A stretch of 64,000 bases of DNA from Eledone cirrhosa. Taxonomy: Eukaryota. Under the pieces are notes generated by a model. It made no database searches, was not told the origin of the DNA, and was given only the letters and a program-made list of their open reading frames with translations. The position numbers and the translations under genes were made by a program. The stretch is taken from positions 9,486,001 to 9,550,000 of the forward strand of contig OZ024754.1 of assembly GCA_964016885.1 (NCBI GenBank). Reading direction: 5' to 3'. Below, piece after piece: positions 38,946 to 52,824 of this stretch. How positions within the stretch are numbered: position 1 is the first letter of the stretch; every line of letters begins with the position of its first letter.

Positions 38946-40586
38946 CAATGTACCATCATATAATTTGTGTCTTTGTGAGTATGTCTTATCTGTAAACACC
39001 TATAACTTAACCCTATATACTATAGATTCAATCCTCCCCCGCAAAAAAAAAAGCCCAATTACTCTCGATATATAAATTTTGAGGGATTATATCAATTTAA
39101 TGGCAGAGGCAGAAAAGCCAAAATAATTTACTGTTCCAGCTTTCTACAAACTGTTCTTGTGGATAGTCTTGTGGTTAGGAAACATGCATCGGAGTACATT
39201 ATATTAAACCATTTATAGTAAAACTCTCATATGATTTCAGGTTGGCATCTCACTACCTGTCAGCTGAAAATTATAATTTATTCATATTTGCATTGTTGAA
39301 ATTCTTTGAGTCTAAAGACCAAATTTGGAGGCTTACATCTTTAAAATGCTCAAATCTTTACCAGGATCTAAAGACACTAATTAGGCAATAGATTTCCTTC
39401 AGCAAAATTTTCCTTTATTCTTTACAAATCATCCAGAAATCTTTTTTTACAACTTATGTGATATATTTATTCCATAATATTACATTTCCAGCTAAGTTAG
39501 TCACTTCATACCCTGTTTGTTTGAATTTAGATCCATACTCATTCCATATGGTTTTCATATCTTTATCTAAAGCTGATTACAATATGACTTCTTCCTGGGA
39601 AGGTTGTGGAGGAAGAGTCCTCAAACACCTCTTTCAATGGGTCCTATCAAAAGCAACCGTCTCCAATTAATCCAGCTAGATGGCCAAGTGAGACCAGCCG
39701 AGCTCATGGGTGTCATCCAACTATCTTATTCAGGGTTTACACCTGGGTTTCCTGTTGAAAAGCTGCCAGAATTATCTTTTAAGAAGTGGCTGATAAAGGC
39801 CCAAGTCAAGAAGTGCACACGAGGTTACATTTTGCAAGTATATCTCAAACCACATGTGGATCTATTAGCTATTCCCTACATGTGTCATTGACTTTCACTC
39901 TCTCACCCTCAATCTGTCTCTGGAAGAAATCTGCTGTGTTCAGTCTTGGAGAGGAGATAGATGGGTTTTGCCAGGCTTAAAATGCCTAAGAAATACTGTA
40001 TGCTACTACAGCACTCCTACAATTTCAACAGGAGTTACAAGACCATATATACAATGCTATGACAGTGCTTTGGTTATGAGCAGAAAATTGCTGGTCTTCA
40101 AACAAAACAGTATGTTGTCCCATTTGTAGAGTGTGCCATGCTTACAGTCTCATCCTGGTAGTAGTTGCATAGAAATTGTAAAGACCAGAGAAACATTTCT
40201 CAATATACTGCAGCAACACTATTGGTTCATGGCCTCACCCTCTTTGCATCATTACATGAAGAGGTCACAGGAAGAAATAGCTGAAAAACATCTGTAGTGA
40301 CTGAGATGGTCGTTTTGCAACTAGCAGTTGCCTCCCCTTAACAACTCTTCAGAGAGCGGAGGCAATATACATCCGGTCACTCTCTTTGAACCGCGGACAT
40401 GAACAGACGTGAAAGGATTCGCTCCTCAAAATATTAACCATGCTGGCTTCGTGAGGGACTATGTGAAAATGCCCTCCTTCGCTTCATCGTTAACGATTTT
40501 TCGGCAAAAAATCTGCTCTTTCTATTTCTTTCTTTCCTCATACAACTGGGTGTGTAGAAGAAACATTTTTCTATTGTCACTCAATA

Positions 40587-40970
40587 GGATTGGCAGAATC
40601 GGTAGAGCATCGGATAACATGCTTTGCGGCACAGAGTTATGGTCCTTTACGTTCTGAGTTCAAATTCAGCCGCGGTTAGCTTTGCCTTTCATCCTTAAGG
40701 GGTCGATAAAATAAAGTACCAGTAATACACTGGGGTAATTGCTGGCCTTGTGCCTAAAGTAGAAACAATTATCATCATCATCATCACTGGGTGCCTTTTG
40801 TTGTGTCACCACCATGACCACTTTACAGGGTGGACTGAGTGCTTTTTTGTCATGTCACCACCACGACCACCTTACAATCAATTGTGTGTGAGCAAAACAC
40901 GGTCCTCCAGCCTCATCTGTCATAAAGGGAGAGCTCATCCTACCCTTGCTAGCATGGAAAATGGATGTTA
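40587..40970 (+). mobile_element. SINE-A followed by the same antisense segment seen at 11147
   Basis: The junction (CAT)nCACTG(G/A)GT(G/A)CCTTTTGTTGTGTCACCACC is shared with 11128-11175. Confidence 0.75.
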
Positions 40971-40971
40971 A

Positions 40972-42790
40972 CCCTTTAGCATTTAGACCAGCCATAACCG
41001 GCCAGAATTCTCTCACCTCTTTCTGTTCAAACCGGCTGTAACCGGCCAGAATTCTCTCACCTCTTTCTGTTCAAACAGGCTGTAACTGGCCAGAATTCTC
41101 TCACCTCTTTCTGTTCAAACAGGCTGTAACTGGCCAGAATTCTCTCACCTCTTTCTGTTCAAACCGGCTGTAACCGGCCAGAATTCTCTCACCTCTTTCT
41201 GTTCAAACAGGCTGTAACTGGCCAGAATTCTCTCACCTCTTTCTGTTCAAACCGGCTGTAACTGGCCAGAATTCTCTCACCTCTTTCTGTTCAAACCGGC
41301 TGTAACCGGCCAGAATTCTCTCACCTCTTTCTGTTCAAACCGGCTGTAACTGGCCAGAATTCTCTCACCTCTTTCTGTTCAAACCGGCTGTAACTGGCCA
41401 GAATTCTCTCACCTCTTTCTGTTCAAACCGGCTGTAACCGGCCAGAATTCTCTCACCTCTTTCTGTTCAAACCGGCTGTAACTGGCCAGAATTCTCTCAC
41501 CTCTTTCTGTTCAAACCGGCTGTAACTGGCCAGAATTCTCTCACCTCTTTCTGTTCAAACCGGCTGTAACCGGCCAGAATTCTCTCACCTCTTTCTGTTC
41601 AAACCGGCTGTAACCGGCCAGAATTCTCTCACCTCTTTCTGTTCAAACCGGCTGTAACTGGCCAGAATTCTCTCACCTCTTTCTGTTCAAACCGGCTGTA
41701 ACTGGCCAGAATTCTCTCACCTCTTTCTGTTCAAACCGGCTGTAACTGGCCAGAATTCTCTCACCTCTTTCTGTTCAAACCGGCTGTAACCGGCCAGAAT
41801 TCTCTCACCTCTTTCTGTTCAAACCGGCTGTAACTGGCCAGAATTCTCTCACCTCTTTCTGTTCAAACCGGCTGTAACTGGCCAGAATTCTCTCACCTCT
41901 TTCTGTTCAAACCGGCTGTAACCGGCCAGAATTCTCTCACCTCTTTCTGTTCAAACCGGCTGTAACTGGCCAGAATTCTCTCACCTCTTTCTGTTCAAAC
42001 CGGCTGTAACTGGCCAGAATTCTCTCACCTCTTTCTGTTCAAACCGGCTGTAACTGGCCAGAATTCTCTCACCTCTTTCTGTTCAAACCGGCTGTAACTG
42101 GCCAGAATTCTCTCACCTCTTTCTGTTCAAACCGGCTGTAACCGGCCAGAATTCTCTCACCTCTTTCTGTTCAAACCGGCTGTAACCGGCCAGAATTCTC
42201 TCACCTCTTTCTGTTCAAACCGGCTGTAACCGGCCAGAATTCTCTCACCTCTTTCTGTTCAAACCGGCTGTAACTGGCCAGAATTCTCTCACCTCTTTCT
42301 GTTCAAACCGGCTGTAACTGGCCAGAATTCTCTCACCTCTTTCTGTTCAAACCGGCTGTAACTGGCCAGAATTCTCTCACCTCTTTCTGTTCAAACCAGC
42401 TGTAACCGGCCAGAATTCTCTCACTTCTTTCTGTTCAAACCGGCTGTATCCAGCCAGAACTCTTTCACCTCTTTCTGTTAAAACTGGCCATAACTGACCA
42501 CTCATACTGCTGTTAAGGTATTGTTCTCAAAATAAATAATATCAAAATCTCATAGATTCGATATTATGTGAGATAATTATGTGAGGTAAAGCCTTTACCA
42601 TGAAAATACAATAGTATATATAGAGTAATGTAAATATTATGTGAGATAATTATGTGAGGTAAAGCCTTTACCATGAAAATACAATACTATATATAGAGTA
42701 ATGTAAATATTATGTGAGATAATTATGTGAGGTAAAGCCTTTACCACGAAAATACAATAGTATATATAGAGTAATGTAAATGCTAAAAGG
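40972..42790 (+). mobile_element. piggyBac-type MITE expanded by internal arrays (44-bp x ~34 at 40996-42490; ~73-bp x 3 at 42560-42780)
   Basis: TTAA|CCCTTTAGCATTTA ... TAAATGCTAAAAGG|TTAA, i.e. 14-bp TIRs with a TTAA target-site duplication. Confidence 0.88.
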
Positions 42791-43014
42791 TTAAACAATG
42801 ATGATGACGATACACTGGGGTCAATTTAATCGACTTTCCCCTTCTCCCCAAATTGCTGGCCTTGTGCCTAAATCAGAAACCATTATGTCACTCACTCGTA
42901 CAGTTGTGATTTGCTATTTTTCCCATCATAAAGGTGACAGGGAAAAGAGGGAGGATGATAGAAGAGGGGATAATAAAAAAGGGGGAGATAACAGAAGGGA
43001 GTGGGTAATAACTG

Positions 43015-45190
43015 AAGTGGGGGGTAGTGTGTAAAAGGGAGAGAGTGTGTGAAGGGGGAGAGATTGTGTGAAGGGGGAGAGAATGTGAAGAGGGAGGTAG
43101 TGTGTGAAGGGGAGAGAGTGTGAAGGGGGAGGTAGTGTGTGAAGGGGAGAGAGAGTGAAGGGGGAGTGTGAAGGGGAGAATGTGAAGGGAGTGTGAAGGG
43201 AGGTAGTGTGTGAAGGGGAGAGAGAGTGAAGGGGGAGTGTGAAGGGGAGAGAGTGAAGGGGGGGGGGGGGGGGGTAGTGTGTGAAGGGGAGAGAGAGTGA
43301 AGCGGGAGGTAGTGTGTGAAGGGGAGAGAGAGTGAAGCGGGAGGTAGTGTGTGAAGGGGAGAGTGAAGCGGGAGGTAGTGTGTGAAGGGGAGAGAGAGTG
43401 AAGGGGGAGGTAGTGTGTGAAGGGGAGAGAGAGTGAAGGGGGAGTGTGAAGGGAGGTAGTGTGTGAAGGGGAGAGAGAGAGTGAAAAGGGAGGTAGTGTG
43501 TGAAAGAGGAAAGAGTGAAGGGAGAGGTAGCGTGAAGGGGAGAGAGAGTGTGAAGGGGGGTAGTGTATGAAGGTAGTGTGCGAAGGGAAGAGAGTGTGTG
43601 AGGGGAGATAGAGAGAGAGTGTGAGGGGAGATAGAGAGAGAGTGTGAGGGGAGATAGAGAGAGTGTGTGAGGGGAGATAGAGAGAGTGTGTGAGGGGAGA
43701 TAGAGAGAGTGTGTGAGGGGAGATAGAGAGAGTGTGAAGGGGAGATAGAGAGAGTGTGAAGGGGAGATAGAGAGAGTGTGTGAGGGGGGGGGAGAGAGTG
43801 TGAAGGGGAGAGAGAGAGTGTGTGAGGGGGGAGAGAGAGAGTGTGAAGGGGAGAGAGAGAGTGTGAAGGGGAGAGAGAGAGTGTGAAGGGGAGAGAGAGA
43901 GAGTGTGTGAGGGGGGAGAGAGAGAGTGTGAAGGGGAGAGAGAGAGTGTGAAGGGGAGAGAGAGAGTGTGAGGGGGGAGAGAGAGTGTGTGAGGGGGGAG
44001 AGAGAGTGTGTGAGGGGGGGGGGGGGGGTGAGGGGGGAGAGAGAGTGTGAGGGGGGGAGAGAGTGTGTGAAGGGGAGAGAGAGTGTGAGGGGGGGGAGAG
44101 AGAGTGTGTGAAGGGGAGAGAGAGTGTGAGGGGGGGAGAGAGAGTGTGAGGGGGGAGAGAGAGTGTGAGGGGGGAGAGAGTGTGAGGGGGGAGAGAGTGT
44201 AATGAAGAGAGAAATAGCCATCTTTATTAACAAGTTGGTTGGTTGCATGGAAACTTGATAAGAATATGTGTGTGTATGTGTATATATGTGTGTATATGAG
44301 TGTGTATGTGTATATATGGGTGTGTATGTGTATATATGGGTGTGTGTATGTGCATATATGTGTGTGTATGTGTGTATATGTGTGTGTATGTGTGTGTGTA
44401 TAGGTCTATGCATGTGTGTATGTGTGTATACGTGTACATGTTTGTGTCTATATGTGTTTGTGTGTATATGTGTATGCATGTATATATGTGTGTTTGTGTA
44501 TGTATGTATATATATATGTGTGTATATATGTGTATGTGTATATACGTGTGTGTTTGTGTATGTGCATGTGTGTATGTGTATATATGTGTTTGTGTGTATT
44601 GTGTGTATACATGTATATGCATATGCGTGTATATTTTTTTGTGTGTGTATGTGTTTGCGTGTATAGGTGTATGTATGTATGCGTGTTTATCTATGTCTGT
44701 ATGTGTGTAAATGTGTATGGATGCATGTGTAGGTGTATGTGTGTTTATCTGTATGTCTGTATGTGTGTATACGTGTATAATGATGCATGTATATGTGTAT
44801 GTGTGTTTATCTGTATGTCTATGTGTGTATACGTGTATAATGATGCATGTATATGTGTATGTGTGTTTATCTATGTCTGTATACGTGTATAATGATGCAT
44901 GTATATGTGTATGTGTGTTTATCTGTATGTCTATGTGTGTATACGTGTATAATGATGCATGTATATGTGTATGTGTGTTTATCTATGTCTGTATGTGTGT
45001 ATACGTGTATAATGATGCATGTATATGTGTATGTGTGTTTATCTGTATGTCTGTATGTGTGTATACGTGTATAATGATGCATGTATATGTGTATGTGTGT
45101 TTATCTGTATGTCTGTATGTGTGGATGCATGTATAAGTGTATGCATGTAAAGGTGTGTGTATGTGTGTATAGATCTAGGCATGTATGTGT
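43015..45190. repeat. GA/GTG purine-rich tract (43015-44200) and TG/TA tract with a ~60-66-bp higher-order unit (44265-45190)
   Basis: Directly visible. Confidence 0.92.
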
Positions 45191-45944
45191 AGATAGATAG
45201 CTGGAAAGATTTATATATACAGACATATGTTGAGACAGTAAACCACAAGGGACTACAAACACTATCCATCAGATAGTCATTAGCCTGTTTTGTTGCATAC
45301 CATCTTGTAAATTCAAACTTATTCTTTTAGGTTTCACATCTGCAGCTTCAGATTAACTCTATCACTATCAAAATATCTCTTTAGAACACTATATCTCGCC
45401 TATTTACTTTCAAGTGTTTCTCTCTTGCTTCATTTTTAAAAATAACATAAATATATTTGCTGAAAGTGTTTCTAGGCCCTAAACACTTAATCAAGCTTGC
45501 TAAATTCAGAGAAACCAAAATAGAGATTGCAGCAGTTTACTCTACAATATGGTTTCAGAGTTTAGAAAAATATCAAGTAATTCTGCTACAAACCATTATT
45601 GCTTTCAATAGCATTTATATAACTTCTTTTCTAGACTGAAGGGGATACAAGGTGTTCACAAAAACAGGTATACACACTTCAACAGCATTTTAATAAATAT
45701 TTTCTGTTCAGGTAATCAAAGTGTGTATACATTTTTTTTTTTTTTTTTTGGTGAGGGGAGGACACCCTCTATGTATATGCTTACGTGCATGCAAAGTCCT
45801 GAAACTCCCAAGGGAGTTGTAGGAGTGCCATAGTGTCATACAACGTTTTGGGGGCATTTTTAAACCTGGCAGAACCCATCTCCTCTTCCAGAGAAGTATA
45901 TATATATAGAGAGAGAGTGAGAGATTGGAAATGAGAAAGCATAT

Positions 45945-46250
45945 ATAGAGGACAAATCAACCCAAGAATGGTACTTTTTTTATCAACCTTGAATGAAAGG
46001 CAAAGTTGACCTCAGCAGGATTTGAACTTAGAGAGTAGAGAGTCAGAACAAATACTGCAAAGCATTTCTATCTGATGTTCTAACAACTCTGCCAATTTAC
46101 TGCCATTATGTGTGTGGCAATGGATTGACAACATAGAGTTACGGGCTTTTACGGTCTAAGTTAAAATTTCATCCTCATGGGGTCAATAAAACAAAGTTCC
46201 AGTATTGCACTGGGATAATTGCTGGCCTTGTGCCAAAAGTAGAAACAATT
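45945..46250. mobile_element. Two divergent SINE-A copies, head-to-head (45945-46105 minus, 46120-46250 plus)
   Basis: Match to the SINE-A body. Confidence 0.7.
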
Positions 46251-46426
46251 ATATGTATATATAGGCCTGTTACTCCTGAAGGAGTTTTAAAAGCACCTTA
46301 GTGTCTATGGCATTTTAAACCTTGCATAGCCCATCCTTGTCTAGATCTAAACACAGCTAATTTTTCCTAAGGAAGTCCCAATTGCTTTGGCTCTCTAACA
46401 AAACACTATTTTTTATTGATTTTTAA

Positions 46427-46840
46427 CCCTTTAGCATTTACATTACTCTATATATATACTATTGTATTTTCATGGTAAAGGCTTTATCTCACATAATATC
46501 TCACATAACATTTACATTACTCTACATATATACTATTGTATTTTCATGGTAAAGGCTTTATCTCACATAATATCTCACATAACATTTACATTACTCTACA
46601 TATATACTATTGTATTTTCATGGTAAAGGCTTTATCTCACATAATATCTCACATAACATTTACATTACTCTATATATATACTATTATATTTTCATGGTAA
46701 AGGCTTTATCTCACATAATATCGAATCTATAAGATTTTGGTATTTATTTTGAGAAGAATAACTTAACATCAGTATAAGCGGCCAGTTACAGCCAGTTTGA
46801 ACAAAAGGGGGTGAGAGAATTCTTGCCAGATGCTGAAGGC
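46427..46840 (-). mobile_element. piggyBac-type MITE copy with a 74-bp internal array (~4 units)
   Basis: TTAA|CCCTTTAGCATTTA terminus. The body is the reverse complement of 40972-42790. Confidence 0.85.
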
Positions 46841-47555
46841 TTAAGTTAGAAATTAAAATATAAACTGTCCTTTTAATAAATTCTATAAAGAATTTATGAA
46901 TTTTTAAATATACAGAATACCACATAATGAAAAAAAAAAAATGTTCTAATGCAAAATCTAGAACCTCTTCCAAAAGGTTGCATTTCTTCCCATTAGTAGT
47001 TTGAACTGTTCTATTCATGAAACGAAAGAAAAAAAGATTAGGCTGATAGTTCAAACATTTATTCAAATGGCTGATGTGTAAATATATGTGGGAATAGGAT
47101 CTCTGCATATACATGGCAGAATAAGCTGCTACATACAAACACCTATATAACCAATGGCTCGAAAATGAAAATCTACCTTAATTACCAGATTAGGTCAGCT
47201 TTTGCCTGTCAGTTCAGTTTTCCTAGAACAGCTTAGAAACTTAGTTGCCTCATCTTTCAGTTGATTGATCAAATATAGCTCTGACATTTCACAAATAATT
47301 GGACAAGTCAAGCCCAAAATTTCATCAGGCAATCTACTAGGAAGTTACTCTTCTTTAGATTTCAAATATCCAAAGCTTCTCAATCCAATTCTCTCTGATT
47401 ATTCTGACTTAATATACAGATAAAACAAAATAAGATAAACCAAACCAATAAATAAATAAAAGCCTATCTAATTTGCTATTCATGTCTTGACATTAGTCTA
47501 TTTCTTATCTTTTATCGCATCTAATGTTTTGTTGTTATTTTGGTAGAGAAGAAAA

Positions 47556-48200
47556 GGGCGATGGATTGGCAGTATAGGTAGAGTATCGGACAATATACTT
47601 TGTGACATAGCGTTACGGCCCTTTACGTTCCCATAAGGATACCGTTATCATTACTACTACTACTACTACTACTACTAAAACCATTATCTCTGATATCATC
47701 ACTACCACTCTAGCATTGGTCTCATAGTACCAACATCACCAGCAAGGGCTTTACAACCATGTTATAACAATTCTGCCAATTCGCCACACCATTCATCAGA
47801 CACCATGGTTTGCAGCACAGAGTTATGGCCCTTTACGTTCTGGGTTCGAATCCCGCCGAGGTTAGCTTTGCCTGTCATCCTTATAGGGATCAATAAAATA
47901 AAAGCACCAGTAATGCACTGGGGTCGATTTAACCGACTTTCCCCCTCCCCCCCAAATTGCTGATCTTGTGCCTAAAGTAGAAACCCTTATTTTAGAGAAG
48001 TGAGGTGGATTAGCAAAGTTTCTAGAGAATCAGACGTTTTGCAGTATTTGCTCTGGTTCTTTATGTTCTGAGTTCAAACCCCACCGAGGTTAGCTTTGCC
48101 TTTCATCCTTTCAGGGCTGATAAAATAATGTACCAGTAATGCACTGGGGTCAATATAATTGGTTTTCTTTCCTCAAATTACGGGCTTTGTGTCTAAATTA
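47556..48200 (+). mobile_element. SINE-A cluster (5' fragment 47556-47630; copies 47795-47990 and 48001-48200)
   Basis: A/B boxes and the conserved body are present. Confidence 0.75.
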
Positions 48201-48209
48201 TATATATAA

Positions 48210-48820
48210 CATCATCATCATTTAAAGTCTATCTTCCATGCTAGCATGGGTTAGACAGGATTGTCCCACTTGAGGCAAGATTGGTCGGGTGACCATGTCT
48301 TACTCGTATAGAACTGTTTCTAGCAGGTTTTCTATGGCTGGATGCCCTTCCTAACACCAACCACATTTACAGTGTGGACTGGGAGCCTTTTTACCATGTC
48401 TCCTACACGACCACTTTACAGTGTGGACTGTGTGTTTTGTCGTGATACGTACATGACCACTTTACAGTGTGGACTGGATGTTCTGTGGTGCCAACATAAC
48501 TTTACAAAGAAAGGGTGGTGTTGGTGAAAAAAAAAAATATATATATATATACCTAAATAAATGAGGTCGTGTAGGTGTCACGACAAAAAAAACACACAGT
48601 CCACGCTGTAATGTGGCTGTGTAGATAACACGGTAAAAACCTCCCAGTCCAAACTGTAAACGTAGTTGGTGTTAGGAAGGGTATCCAGCCATAGAAAACC
48701 TGCCAGACAGCCCTATACGAGCAAGACAACCAATCTTACCTCAAGTGGGACAATTCCCATCTAAACCCATAAACCCATGCTAGTGTGGAAGATAGACGTT
48801 AAACGATGATGATGATGATA
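48210..48820. mobile_element. Inverted pair of PHD-RTE 3'-UTR fragments (48210-48530 minus; 48555-48820 plus)
   Basis: Both match 7600-7916 and have (GAT)n tails pointing outward. Confidence 0.85.
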
Positions 48821-49207
48821 CATATATACATACACACAGGGTGTCTAAAAAAAATGAGTGGGGTCCTCTATGTCCAAGATTCTGCCAAAATAGTAATTTC
48901 TAATTTAGACACAAAGCCAGTAATTTGAGCAGAAAAGAAAATCAACTACATAATAAATTACCATATAATTTATTATGTGCCTTTCTCTCATTGCTATGAT
49001 ATATATATATAAATATATAAAACAAAGAGGGTGTGGTAAGATACCAGGTGGACGATAATGCACCAGAGTACTCAATACTTAGGGTGGACTAGTGGGTAAT
49101 AGGAAAAGAGTTAGGACCCCAACGGCTGAGCTCAAACAGATCCAAACAATTCAGATCTAGCTGTTGGAGTCCTGACTCTTTTCCTATATATATATATATA
49201 TATATAT

Positions 49208-49289
49208 TCACAGGGTGTCCCCCAAAAATGTGTACACACTTCAACAGCATTCTAATAAAAGTATGTATACGTTTTGGGGGGACACTGTA
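49208..49289. mobile_element. Tc1/mariner-like mini-MITE (related pieces at 45645-45770 and 48835)
   Basis: CAGGGTGTCCCCCAAAA ... TTTTGGGGGGACACTG|TA inverted ends in a TA context. Confidence 0.55.
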
Positions 49290-49356
49290 TGTATATATAT
49301 ATATATATATTTATAAGTCGTTTGGAAGCCTCGACAATGCATATATATATATATAT

Positions 49357-49454
49357 ATATTGTTACACTTTGGGAGGGTCATGTTACCAATAAGAAACAC
49401 ACGCACCAGTGTGTTTCTTATTGGCAACATGACCCTCCCAAAGTGTAACAATAT
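49357..49454. repeat. Near-perfect hairpin (~46-bp arms, 6-nt loop)
   Basis: ATATTGTTACACTTTGGGAGGGTCATGTT...AACATGACCCTCCCAAAGTGTAACAATAT. Confidence 0.9.
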
Positions 49455-49526
49455 CGGTTTCAACACACGTTTTCAGATAAAGAATCTTGCTAAACAAATT
49501 CAGAAACGAAATATATATATATATAT

Positions 49527-49822
49527 GTGAGTTCAATTCTCAGACCAGGTGATGTGTTGTTTCCTTGAGCAAGACACTTTATTTCACATTGCTCCAGTTT
49601 ACTCAGCTGTAGAAATGAGATGATAGGCACTGGGGTCCCTATCATTCCACTGTAAAGTGGTCGTGGAGGTGCCACGGCAAAAAAGCACCCAGCACTCACT
49701 GTAAATGAGGTTGGTGTTAGGAAGGGCATCCAGCTGTAGAAATCAAGCCAGAATCAGTTCCCGTCCCACCCTTGCAAGCAGGGAAAAAGCGGACGTAAAA
49801 TGAAAGGATAATGATGATGATA
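49527..49822 (+). mobile_element. SINE-B copy lacking the A box
   Basis: Starts at the B box GTGAGTTCAATTC after (TA)n and ends with the RTE tail and GAT repeats. Confidence 0.85.
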
Positions 49823-50589
49823 TATAAAATTCAAAGGGGTATATATATATATATATAATTAGACATAGTCACAGATAGGCTAAAAGAAATAATTAGATAA
49901 ATGTCATATGGCTGTACATCGCGGAGGATAGTCTATATCATTTGTCTATCGTTTCGCCATAATTACATTTTAAACTTATAGCCTCGTTTAAATGATTTTT
50001 TATGTGGTTGATTTATACGGAGTAGGAGAGGAAATACTGTATATATTTTATCTAATAGTTCTTCAGACTTGCAATTTTATATATATATATATTTATTTAT
50101 TAAAAATGACAATGTGCCATTAACACAATTTGAACCTATTTCAATTTACTTTGTAGTACAATATTTTAATCAATTAGTTTATTTTCTATATTTTTTCCAA
50201 TAAAATATTTACATTTGTGCAAGTTAGTAATTCTGATAGTGGTGATGTATATGGTGGAAGGGTTGGGGCAATTCGTAGCAGAGACAATATTATCAAATTT
50301 CTTAAGCATATCTTCTACTTGGAAGCTATCACAAGATTTTCTACTTAACTCATTAATATTTAAATTTTCCAAAGCAATCTCTCTTATCAAAGTTATTTAT
50401 CAGATTATCACTAAATTAATTCAGTTAGGATACTGGCTTCAAAAGAATTTAAAAATCATTGGTTTGAAAATATCCATTTTCTTTTTTTTTTTTTTAACTG
50501 ATTACAAATAAGGAAGAAAAGTAAAAAAATTGAAAAATATTTACACATTTCTAATTGCATGGGTTCTAGCAATAAAGAATCTGAGAGCC

Positions 50590-50622
<33 letters not shown>

Positions 50623-50896
50623 CTGAGGGGTCACATTTGCAGATGTAAGTTGAGATAGTAGCTAGCCTTTAGAACATGAATGGGCAACCATTTTCGAGTA
50701 GTGAGCTGCACAGGATGTGGTTCATCATAAGGTGTGAATTGAAGTCTCCCATCAGTCTTAACTACATCTAGCGCTTCATCAAGGAAGGACCTGCATTAGA
50801 CTTCTTGTTTGGTGCATAAACTTGCACTGCCCACATAAATGTTCATACATAGAAAAAATATGATGGTCTGTTTCTCTATATATATAAACACTTTAA

Positions 50897-51526
50897 CCTT
50901 TTAGCATTTAAACCAGCCATATCCAACCAGAATTCTCTCCCATTTTTCTGTTCAAACCAGTCATAAATGGCCGCTCATACTGATGTTAAGGTATTGTTCT
51001 CAAAATAAATAATATCGAAATTTTATAGATTCGATATTATGCAAGATAATTATGTAAGGTAAAGCCTTTATCGTGAAAATATAATAGTATATATAGAGTA
51101 ATGTAAATGTTATGTGAGATATTATGTGAGGTAAAGCCTTTATCGTGAAAATATAATAGTATATATAGAGTAATGTAAATGTTATGTGAGATATTATGTA
51201 AGGTAAAGCCTTTATCGTGAAAATATAATAGTATATATAGAGTAATGTAAATGTTATCTATCAAATTTAATATTTTTCCAAACGGTTCATTTTTGTGTTG
51301 TACTTTGTTTTATTCTTCACTGAGAGTGTAAGAGTTCCTTTTTACTTAAAATATGAGATAAAGCCTTTTCTGTTCAAATCAGTCATAACCGGCCACTCAT
51401 ACTGACGTTAAGATATTGTTCTCAAAATAAATTACATCAAACTCTCGTAGATTCGATATTATGTGAGATAAAACCTTTTCAGTGAAAATACAATAGCAAA
51501 TATAGAGTAATGTGAATGCTAAAGGG
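50897..51526 (+). mobile_element. Two partial piggyBac-type MITE copies (50897-51256 with ~74-bp repeats; 51364-51526)
   Basis: Left end TTAA|CCTTTTAGCATTTA and right end GCTAAAGGG|TTAA. Confidence 0.8.
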
Positions 51527-52057
51527 TTAAAACAAATAGTTTTGTATCATAGAATCAGGGGTAGATTCAGGTAGTTTGGTATGAAATGGGTTAATCATCA
51601 AATGGTGTAACAATGGTGGAAGTTATTGACAGCCAGGAATTTTGAAATATAGTCATTTACTTTGCTTAGATTTCAACATTATGGCTATAATCATCATGCT
51701 TGATTTTCCTCTCTAGTATATATAACCTCAGGTCAACAAAATCCTAAGGAATGAAATTTACTTGATAAGGATGTAACATTGCTGTTAACGCACCATTGCA
51801 ACTCTCATTTGCTTGCTGTGTCATGTGACAACCTGCTGGTCATGTTATCAGTACAAATGAATATTTTTGTTACTCCATTTCTAATAAAAGACACTGCCCA
51901 TGGTTTCAAATAATTTTGAAAATAATCAAGAATTTAGAGAGATTTACTAATATAACTTTCTCATTATTAAATTGGTGTTTAGAGCATAACTTGAAGGTTC
52001 TTACATAAGAATATGATGGAAGGTTCAAGATAAATCTAAACAATTTAAAAGAAATGT

Positions 52058-52710
52058 GTGTGAGACCTGGGCATTGTGTGTAGAAGACTTGCACAGATTA
52101 GATAGAAACGAAGCTTGCATGCTCCGATGGATGTGTAATAGTAATATAAGCGAATGACAAAGCATAAATGGATTGAGAGAGAGACTGAGCATAAGAGGAA
52201 TCAAATGGTGTGTGCAGGAGAGGAGGTTGCATTGGTATTGACATGTGATGCATATGAAGGATGACAGCTGCATAAAAAGGTGCAGAGCACTAGAAGTCGA
52301 TGGAAGCCACGGAGTGGGGAGACCCAAGAAGACCTGGGATGAGGTGATAAAAGCTGACCTTACCCAATTGCACCTCTCAAAGGCGATGACACACGACCGT
52401 GACCTCTCACATTACGCGGTAATACAGAAGACCCGACTTTCCACGGGTACAAGCCGAAGCTGAAGAATATAGACAGTATGCCCCCCCCCCCACTGTAAAG
52501 TGGACGTGTAGGCACCATGGCAAAAAAGCACCCAGCACTCACTGTAAATGAGGTTGGTGTTAGGAAGGGCATCCAGCTGTAGAAATCAAGCCAGAATCAA
52601 TTCCCGTATGAGCAAGACAAGGTCAGCCGACCGGACACTGCTCACAACAGGACAACCTGTCTAACCCATGCTAGCATGGAAGAACAGAAATAAAATGATG
52701 ATGATGATGA
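52058..52710 (+). mobile_element. RTE LINE 3' fragment of a related subfamily
   Basis: Encodes ETWALC...[11 protein letters not shown]...GRPKKTWDEVI. Its 3' UTR contains a segment nearly identical to the SINE-B body, and it has a (GAT)n tail. Confidence 0.88.
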
Positions 52711-52721
52711 GCTTTGTATCA

Positions 52722-52824
52722 TATAACAATACCTTAACATCAGTATGAGTGGCCAATCAGCTAGTTTGAACAGAAAAAGGCGAGTGAATTCTGGCTGGAT
52801 ATGTCTGGTTTAAATGGTAAAGGG
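52722..52824 (-). mobile_element. piggyBac-type MITE half copy
   Basis: Ends TAAATGGTAAAGGG|TTAA. Confidence 0.7.
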
